This document shows positions 1 through 6,051 of a stretch of DNA of 6,051 nucleotides, one piece after another. Numbering within the stretch: the first letter of the stretch is position 1; each line of letters opens with the position of its first letter. The stretch covers positions 1-6,051 of the forward strand of contig NW_021829474.1 of the NCBI RefSeq assembly GCF_006345805.1, read 5' to 3'. The notes beneath the pieces were generated by a model. That model saw only the letters and a list, made by a program, of their open reading frames with translations. It had not been told where the DNA came from and made no database searches. The DNA comes from Octopus sinensis (taxonomy: Eukaryota). The translations under genes and the position numbers were made by a program.

Positions 1-98
1 AATTGAGGAAACTTATAAGTTCACAAATTTCTGGAGTTCTTTGAAAATTTGAACTTTCAACTTTTAGCATCTAACAAATCCTCATCCAGACCTGATCC

Positions 99-420
99 TA
101 TTCTCCAGAAAAACGACTACGCCGTGGTGATCTCATCCTTGCTCACAACATCATAAGCGGAAAGTGTAACCTCTCGAAAGAGCTGTTCTTCACTCCTGCT
201 CCAGAGCGTCGGCTGTGGGGTCACTCCGAAAAGCTCTATCTGCGACAATTTCATCTCAATCGAAGCAGGGGAGCTTTCTCCAAATCCGGGTTGCAGATCC
301 GTGGAATAAGCTGCCGGACAAGATGGTGAAGATGCTGACGACCGCTCGGTTCAAAGTCTCGCTTGACCACAAGTGGCCTGAACTCTTTACATGAACACCA
401 CTCTGTACATAACTCCATGT
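99..420 (+). mobile_element. 5'-truncated CR1-clade LINE, ORF2 C-terminus with a frameshift, plus the start of the 3' UTR (family 1)
   Basis: Manual translation from 99 gives YSPEKRLRRGDLILAHNIISGKCNLSKELFFTPAPERRLWGHSEKLYLRQFHLNRSRGAFS. After a frameshift in the A run at 282-284 it continues IRVADPWNKLPDKMVKMLTTARFKVSLDHKWPELFT to TGA at 392-394. This matches the CR1 ORF2 tail pattern (RRxRGDL...RGH..KL...R...FS.RV...WN.LP..V....FK..LD). The 5' boundary is approximate. Confidence 0.88.
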
Positions 421-437
421 TTATTATTGTTATTAAT

Positions 438-705
438 ATCGTCATCATCATCGTTTAACATCTGTTTTCCGTGCTAGCATGGGTTGGACAGTTTGACCGG
501 GGTCTGGGAAGCCAGGAGGCTGCACCAGGCTCCAGTCAGATCTGGCAGTGTTTCTACAGCTGGATGCCCTTCCTAACGCCAACCACTCAGTGAGTGTAGT
601 GGGTGCTTTTAACGTGCCACCGGCACAGGGGCCAGACGAAATCTGGCAAACGGCCACGATCGGATGGTGCTTTTTACGTGCCACCGGCACGGGTTTTACG
701 TGCCA
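438..705 (-). mobile_element. SINE-like retroposon (family A), 5' head missing, (GAT)n tail
   Basis: The minus strand ends ...GTTAAACGATGATGATGACGAT. It contains GGTTGGCGTTAGGAAGGGCATCCAGCTGTAGAAAC, a motif I recall from widespread invertebrate and fish SINE cores. Bases 445-558 are homologous (about 85% by eye) to an inverted copy at 2145-2258, which shows directly that this is a dispersed repeat. Confidence 0.8.
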
Positions 706-716
706 TATATAATTAA

Positions 717-925
717 GGGTGCTACAACTGGCACCTGCATGCTAAAAATAGCAGCCAGAAGATGACTACAAATTTTCACTGATACACATCCAAGTTACAA
801 TTCTTTACATTACTGGTACAGGGGGCTTAGAATTTCTGCTCCTTTCCCCCCACCCCGATTCCAATTAATGTGTATCAGTGAAAATTTGTGCTAATTTTAG
901 GATGCTGGTGCCACCTGTAGCATCC
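717..925. mobile_element. Non-autonomous DNA transposon (MITE), Kolobok-like
   Basis: Long imperfect inverted arms at 709-789 and 868-933, including a perfect 22-bp match ACAAATTTTCACTGATACACAT / ATGTGTATCAGTGAAAATTTGT and a 15-bp extra segment in the left arm. TTAA lies at 713-716 and 926-929 and the termini are GG...CC. A TTAA target duplication with RR...YY ends is characteristic of Kolobok, whereas piggyBac starts with CC. Confidence 0.75.
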
Positions 926-979
926 TTAATTATTAATTAATAATATTTTACCTTATGGTATTACCTTGACGATTATTTA

Positions 980-1266
980 TGAATGCTATGCCATTTGATA
1001 TTATTGTAAACGCTCCCACCCTTTCATTGTTCCCTCTCCTCCTCCCTCTCGTCACTGACACGTGACCAGAGGGAAGCCATCTTTCCGACTGCTATCTTCA
1101 ACGTGTCAAGACGGCTTATCCTGTCCTCCTCATAAGGTGTCTCCTCAATGCGTTCAAAATCATTTTTCCATCGTCTCCGCTTAGCAACCCTCACCGTTTG
1201 CTTTTACTGTGTGATTCTCCTTGTCCTGTCTTTTACTGTTTCTATTTGTTTATTTGTATTGTTTTT
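980..1266. repeat. Probable unclassified interspersed repeat, left part of an element interrupted by the LINE at 1267
   Basis: Pyrimidine-rich strand asymmetry, and resemblance from memory to a common octopus repeat that continues into the sequence at about 1700-1985. Boundaries are approximate and cannot be verified within the window. Confidence 0.35.
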
Positions 1267-1693
1267 ACACATTGAAACTCCGACGTCTGGCAGCTGACTT
1301 GGCAGACACCCATAAAATTATCAACCATCTTACAAACAATAACTCTCAGCACCTTTTCAAACTCCACCCATCTAACACCCGTGGACATATTTACAAAGTC
1401 AGAAAACAGCACAGCTCCCTTGACTTCAGGAAACATTTTTTCACGCTGAGAGTTGCTGAAGCGTGGAACAAACTGCCGGCATCGGTTGTAAGTTGTCGGA
1501 GCACTGTATCCTTCAAAACTTCCATGCTTCCTGAGATTCGCCAACACTACACCTGATTTTCTCCCCTCCATACACACACAAGCATGTTCACTTTCCAGAC
1601 ATTTCTACATTACTGCATATACTTTATATGCACTTTCTGACAAGTTGTGGTGCACCTGAGCACTGTATACAATAATTTCATTATTATTATTAT
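1267..1693 (+). mobile_element. 5'-truncated CR1-clade LINE: uninterrupted ORF2 C-terminal fragment, 3' UTR and (TTA)n tail (family 2)
   Basis: From about 1269, ORF 1221-1556 reads TLKLRRLAADL...NTRGHIYKVRKQHSSLDFRKHFFTLRVAEAWNKLPASVVSCRSTVSFK, the classic CR1 ORF2 end. It is followed by about 120 bp of UTR with a small stem-loop GGTGC-ACCTGA-GCACT (1649-1664) and an ATT repeat tail at 1680-1693. Confidence 0.92.
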
Positions 1694-1985
1694 ATTACTG
1701 TACTGTTCTTGTTACCACTTTTACCCTTCCGCAAAAAAACCCCAAATTTTATTTGATTTGCTTTGCGGGAAGGACTGTTTCAACGAAGTCGCATCTTGTC
1801 CTTACCTTCAAAACCCAGAGTAGACGAAACAGGAACAACTGAAGAAGGGGAATATTCCTTGTGTTGTATGTCTTCTACTCTGTTTTTTCATTGTATGAAA
1901 TAAAGTTTGTTTCCATGTTTTTGTTTTTATGTTTTCATTTCTCATTGTGTTCTACGTTTTCTTTTTTTGGTGTCCTGTACCCATA
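1694..1985. repeat. Probable unclassified interspersed repeat (right part), structured and ending in a T-rich tract followed by (TA)n
   Basis: Hairpin CCTTCCGCAAA (1725-1735) / TTTGCGGGAAGG (1762-1773), inverted pair CTGTTTC / GAAACAG, a CTGAAGA plus short stem at 1839-1860, and a T-rich end running into (TA)n like the units at 3281-3577. Family identity is from recall only. Confidence 0.4.
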
Positions 1986-2024
1986 TATGTCTATATCTCT
2001 ATATATAAAACTTATATATATATA

Positions 2025-2146
2025 CTTTTTTTTACTTGTTCCAGTCATTTGACTGCGGCCATACTGGAGCACCGCTTTTAGTCGAGCAAATCGACCCTGG
2101 GACATATTCTTTGCAAGCCCAGTACTTATTCTATCGGTCTCTTTTG
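2025..2146 (-). mobile_element. 3' portion of a SINE (family B), 5'-truncated
   Basis: The minus strand reads CAAAAGAGACCGATAGAATAAGTACTGGGCTTGCAAAGAATATGTCCCAGGGTCGATTTGCTCGACTAAAAGCGGTGCTCCAGTATGGCCGCAGTCAAATGACTGGAACAAGTAAAA. I recognise this as the 3' end of a very abundant octopus tRNA-derived SINE. It has an A-rich end next to (TA)n. Confidence 0.7.
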
Positions 2147-2258
2147 TAGAAACTCTGCCAGATCAAGATTGGAGCCTGGTGCAGCCATCTGGCTCACCAG
2201 CCCTCAGTCAAAATCGTCCAACCCATGCTAGCATGGAAAGCGGACGTTAAACGATGAT
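2145..2258 (+). mobile_element. 3' portion of SINE family A
   Basis: Aligns to the reverse complement of 445-558 (TGTAGAAAC.CTGCCAGATC...GGAGCCTGGTGCAGCC...GTCCAACCCATGCTAGCA.GGAAA...GTTAAACGATGAT). Confidence 0.85.
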
Positions 2259-2412
2259 ATATATACTTCAAATAGAGGTTGTAATCGTCCCCTAAAGGGA
2301 TGGTGTCATCCAAGGAAATACAGGTTCAGTACCTAATATTTTGGGGAGGAGAGATTAATATCCTTAAAATAATAAGTTTATAAATAAACCATGGTTTACA
2401 GTCATGAAAATT

Positions 2413-2531
2413 AAGGACAAGACAATGGAGATATTGATATTATCAGAAAAAAATCGATCATTAGAGATAATGATTGATTTTTGCTAATGATAAACTTGTA
2501 TTAACATCAATATCTCCATTTTCTTATCCTT
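2413..2531. repeat. Fold-back palindrome, probable hairpin MITE
   Basis: AAGGACAAGACAATGGAGATATTGAT pairs with ATCAATATCTCCATTTTCTTATCCTT. The inner AAAAATCGATCATTA pairs with TAATGATTGATTTTT around a 4-nt loop GAGA (2464-2467). The right arm carries an asymmetric extra segment. Confidence 0.75.
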
Positions 2532-2541
2532 TATATATATA

Positions 2542-2915
2542 CACTTGCGTCAGAAATTAATTAGCACTTCTCAAATTTCTACATTAAATAGGTTAAATCA
2601 ACCTTATGAGCTGTTCAAAACGTCTTACGCGATGAGAAAACTTAGTATGGTGTGATTTCGGTCCTTGCGAGGCGCTACCTATATCTATTAAACAAAGGAA
2701 GATTTGTTTGCATCCGCACTCCAAGTTGTTGCACTGCTATGTCAACATCATAAGGCTGTAGACTCTCAAACTGCTCTGCAAACAAAGTTACGTCATCGTT
2801 CTGCGCAACAGTGAACTCGCAACAGAGCAATAGTTCGAGATATGGCCACTAGGTGACAGCACATACCTTGAGTGAAGAGCAAATCAAGGGTGCAAATTAA
2901 TTTCTGACGGTAGTG
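2542..2915. mobile_element. Non-autonomous Tc1/mariner-like DNA transposon (374 bp)
   Basis: 26-bp terminal inverted repeats: CACTTGCGTCAGAAATTAATTAGCAC (2542-2567) versus the reverse complement of 2890-2915, CACTACCGTCAGAAATTAATTTGCAC (23/26 identical). TA flanks both ends (2540-2541 and 2916-2917). No transposase ORF is present. Confidence 0.88.
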
Positions 2916-2925
2916 TATATATATT

Positions 2926-3280
2926 GTGGCACTGTCGGTTACGACAACAAGGGTTCCGGTTGATCAGATCAACAGAACAGCCAGCTCGTGAAATTAAAGT
3001 ACAAGTGGCTGAGCACTCCACAGACACGTGTACCCTTAACGTAGTTCTCGGAGAGATTCAGCATGACACAGAGTGAGACAAGGAGGGCTCCTTTGAAATA
3101 AAGGTACAACAGAAACAGGAAGAAAGAGTGAGAGAAAGTTGTGGTGAAAGAGTAAAGAAGGGTTGGCCACCACCCTCTGCTGGAACCTCGTGGAGCTTTA
3201 GGTGTTTTCACTCAATGCCCAGTCTGGGAATTGAAAGCACAATCCTATGACCACAAGTCCGGTGCCCTAACCACTGGGTC
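2926..3280 (-). mobile_element. Near full-length tRNA-derived SINE (family C)
   Basis: The minus-strand head GACCCAGTGGTTAGGGCACCGGACTTGTGGTCATAGGATTGTGCTTTCAATTCCCAGAC has a Pol III A-box-like motif (3266-3280) and a degenerate B box (3226-3237) at tRNA-like spacing, followed by a body of about 300 bp. It resembles octopus tRNA-derived SINEs from recall. Confidence 0.78.
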
Positions 3281-3577
3281 TTCTTTCCTGAGCGTCCAAT
3301 AATACTATATTTGTTCCACGTCCTTGCGTTGTTGTTTTTTTTGTGCTTTCTTGTTTAGATTAACTATGTATATAATATATATATATATATATATATACAT
3401 ACATACACATATATATACATATATATACTCCCTGTTTCTTTCTGTGTTGCTTTGTGGAAGAGCGTAGGTTAGAAACGTTAAAGACTTTTTCATTTCCCGA
3501 GCGTTAAACTAATACATCTGTTTGTTGTCTACACCACCTGTCTTCGTCTTTTGTTTATTTTCCTGAATTCTCCCTAT
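3281..3577 (+). mobile_element. Two diverged, related terminal units (3281-3365 and about 3430-3577), possibly Penelope-like pseudo-LTR remnants
   Basis: They share the motif TTTCCTGAGCGTCCAA-TAATAC (3284-3305) and TTTCCCGAGCGTTAAACTAATAC (3493-3515), each followed by a T-rich tract ending in CTAT. The second unit has a decayed minimal-hammerhead-like motif at 3450-3483. The Penelope assignment is inference. Confidence 0.5.
3366..3427. repeat. (TA)n/(TACA)n microsatellite
   Basis: Seen directly. Confidence 0.95.
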
Positions 3578-3817
3578 AATAAAATACAAAATGGGACAAC
3601 AAAATATCCAGATAGACGTTACAAAGAAAACAAGGACGGGTCATTCGAAGCCTTTTATCTTCAGTCAAGAACCGGATCATCCTCGCAATTTCGGCTGATT
3701 AATCTTGAGATTGCTCCAATCTGGCCAGCCCCAAGGAAAAACTAAGCTAAGAGCTTTAGATTCCTTGGAAGAAAGCAGTGAATTTATACAAAAACAAGGA
3801 CGGAAAAATAGACAATA
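3578..3817 (-). repeat. Probable unclassified structured repeat, oriented opposite to the preceding unit
   Basis: Composition switches abruptly from T-rich to A-rich at about 3577. There is a 13-bp direct repeat AAAACAAGGACGG (3627-3639, 3791-3803) and a hairpin at 3731-3768. It resembles a common octopus repeat from recall. Confidence 0.45.
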
Positions 3818-4048
3818 CACACACACACACTATCATTTGATGTTGTTATTGGCTGCTATTTCTAGCATTTGAAAACAACCAAATAAAGGTTCGTGTCCCA
3901 TCTTACGAGAGAGAGAGAGGAAAACTATGTGTGTGTATGTGATTGTGTATATATGTGAGTGTGTCTGTGGAATTTGGACGGACGTAAAGAAACGTTGAAC
4001 TGGAATGGTTAACAGATAGAGAGATAGGGTGGAAGAGTGACAGATACG

Positions 4049-4108
<60 letters not shown>

Positions 4109-4325
4109 TAGATAGATGGATAGATGGATGGATGGATGGATGGATGGATGGATGGATGGATGGATGGATGGATGGATGGACGGACGGACGGACGGACGGA
4201 CGGACGGACGGACGGACAGACAGACAGATAGATACAGATAGATAGAGAGATAGATAGAGAGAGAGAGAACGTGTGTGTGTCTCAGTCTGTCTGTCTTTGT
4301 ACATTATATATATATATATATATAT
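4049..4325. repeat. Compound microsatellite (GATA)15..(GATG)14(GACG)9(GACA)3(GATA)..(GA)n(GT)n..(TA)n
   Basis: Counted from the sequence: GATA 4049-4108, GATG 4123-4178, GACG 4179-4214, GACA 4215-4226. Confidence 0.97.
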
Positions 4326-5504
4326 TACACATGGGCACATCAACACATTAGGGCCCCCACCGACTTCTTTATTTTATCATAACATGCTGAAAAAAGCATG
4401 TTTTTTTAACGCAACTCTACGCGGATACGTTTTTAAGGGAGCATATTACAAATTATTTTGTTAGAATGCAGAAAAACCTTTCCTTTCTTTGGAGAAAGTT
4501 TCGGATTTTTCCTTCCTACTCCCTCACCCTCGACACAAGTAATTTCCGTTAACTTTAGCATTTTTCCCACTGTGTATATATCTGTTTCCAGAGTTCTTGT
4601 TTGAATAATCGTCATTATGTAACACACACACACACACCTAAAAAACACATATTGCTGAAAAATGTTTTCGTTTTTTTTTTAAAAATATTTATTTTGAAGA
4701 GAGTTGTGTGGAAGCAGAGCCGAGATGTGTGAGTCGGGAAGGAGAATGGTACAAAAGTTCTTTAAAAAAAACGGTTTTAAATTAATATTATCGACATAAT
4801 GTTCATCTACCTCCTCGAGAAGGTATTTCTAAAACATAAAAAAGAAAGAAATGGTGATAACAAAAGATATGCACGTTTTTAAAGAATGTTTTGAAGTAAA
4901 CAATATCGGAAGGGGGGCAAGGGTTAGAATGTTCCCAAAGTTCTTCAGAATAATAAGTTTTATAAAAATATTATCAACGTATTCGTAATTTAGAACCACG
5001 AAAATACATCTCAGCAAATTGTCATTTTACGACATGTATTTTAATAAGACATATAAAGAGATTATTTCGGGAATTGGTGGTGAAGAAAAATTATTCAAAA
5101 TTCTTCCGAAAACAAGAACTTTTGTGAAAGTCATCAACAAATTCGTAATCTACATTCTCGAAAACATATTTTAGTCGGGTTTAGTCAAAGCAATATACAT
5201 TAAAAAGATCATTAAAACGAAGCTGAGTTTCGGGGAGCACTAAAGTGTACTTATGCCTTTATCTGTTATAATAAGTTTGTTTTTTCTGGAATGGAATTTA
5301 CAGGACAAAGGGATCAGAATTGACCAAAGAACAAGAACCCAGAATGCTAAACAGGGACAGGGGGACAAGAAAGGGGCCCCTGCATGTGTGCCTGTGGAGG
5401 GTTTTGCATTAAAAACATCGAAGAACTAGAAATTACCAATGTAAAAGAATGGTTCTTCTTACCTCTGAAAGACAGCCTTGTATTCACATAGTGGCCTACA
5501 GAAC

Positions 5505-5601
5505 TATATATACACACTTATATACATACATGAGTGTATATAAACACATATGTGTGTGGGGAGGGTGTTTACATACATATATATTGCGTATATATACGTT
5601 A

Positions 5602-5634
<33 letters not shown>
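5505..5634. repeat. Degenerate (TA)/(CA)/(TG) microsatellite ending in pure (TA)n
   Basis: Seen directly. Confidence 0.9.
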
Positions 5635-5780
5635 CAAGTATTCTTGTGGAAGGCAGCAGTTACTAAAGTCTTGGAGTGCTGCAAGAATTTTGATGTCGGT
5701 AAAATTGTGTCGTTGGTTGACTGCGACTGGCTGCCAGTCTGTACCGCCCTGGGGGTGGGGGCACGGATGGGAATACGCAC

Positions 5781-5798
5781 GTGTGTGTGTGTGTATGT

Positions 5799-5831
<33 letters not shown>

Positions 5832-5869
5832 GTATATGTATAATTGTGAATGTATATATGTTGTGTGTG

Positions 5870-5924
<55 letters not shown>

Positions 5925-6051
5925 ATATGTATATGTAATGAATGTATAATGTGTGTGTGCGTATATGTATGTATGTGAATATATATGTGTGTGTGTGTGT
6001 GTGCGTATATGTATGTATGTGAATATATGTGTGTGTATGTATATATATATA
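5781..6051. repeat. (TG)n/(TA)n microsatellite with a higher-order repeated unit
   Basis: GCGTATATGTAT recurs at 5830, 5921, 5959 and 6003, each followed by TGAAT. Confidence 0.93.

Noticed and set aside
251-690. Minus-strand ORFs of 66 aa and 80 aa
   Set aside because: The first is antisense to a LINE fragment and the second lies inside a SINE. Neither has a protein motif.
602-705. CRISPR-like repeat-spacer-repeat (25-bp palindromic repeats, 39-bp spacer)
   Set aside because: There are only two full units, inside a eukaryotic SINE, with no cas genes.
1221-1577. ORF 1221-1556 as a host gene with a signal peptide, and antisense ORF 1242-1577
   Set aside because: The hydrophobic N-terminus comes from the T-rich flank read in frame with a LINE ORF2 tail. 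The antisense ORF is its shadow.
1826-1860. Intact hammerhead ribozyme from GAAA (1826-1829) and CTGAAGA (1839-1845) plus a stem
   Set aside because: No GAAA follows the stem, and the upstream GAAA is too close to allow stems I and III. At most it is a relic.
3215-3280. tRNA gene on the minus strand
   Set aside because: The B box is degenerate, there is no good acceptor stem, and the sequence continues into a SINE body.
4381-4407. Hairpin AACATGCT-GAAAAA-AGCATGTT followed by Ts, resembling an intrinsic terminator
   Set aside because: The context is eukaryotic, the stem is AT-rich, and there is no upstream gene. It is likely chance.
3903-4464. ORFs of 147 aa and 63 aa
   Set aside because: They are largely translations of microsatellites (SIHP, SIYL and YI repeats).
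1861-5017. Remaining short ORFs (1861-2052, 2969-3211, 3305-3493, 3551-3745, 4433-4648, 4829-5017)
   Set aside because: All are 80 aa or less, mostly within repeats or low-complexity AT-rich DNA, with no recognisable domains.
5449-5949. Overlapping ORFs of 166, 94 and 110 aa
   Set aside because: They are open because TG/TA repeats lack stop codons, and the products are low-complexity CV/YI strings.

Overview
This is AT-rich, non-coding eukaryotic DNA made almost entirely of transposon relics and microsatellites. Several repeat families resemble ones I recall from octopus genomes, so a coleoid cephalopod origin is likely; this is recall, not a database result. I can support no host protein-coding gene, RNA gene or CRISPR array. 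From 1 to about 3820 the window is a near-continuous stack of elements: two divergent CR1-clade LINE 3' ends (the first is frameshifted and missed by the ORF track), pieces of three SINE families, a TTAA-flanked Kolobok-like MITE, a fold-back palindrome, a TA-flanked Tc1/mariner-like non-autonomous element, and Penelope-like terminal units with a decayed hammerhead-like motif. From about 3900 to 6051 there are compound microsatellites and unique AT-rich sequence. I see no convincing new biological system. The most interesting items are a head-to-head SINE chimera between direct repeats, inverted SINE copies that could form dsRNA, the hammerhead relic and a cyclic compound microsatellite.
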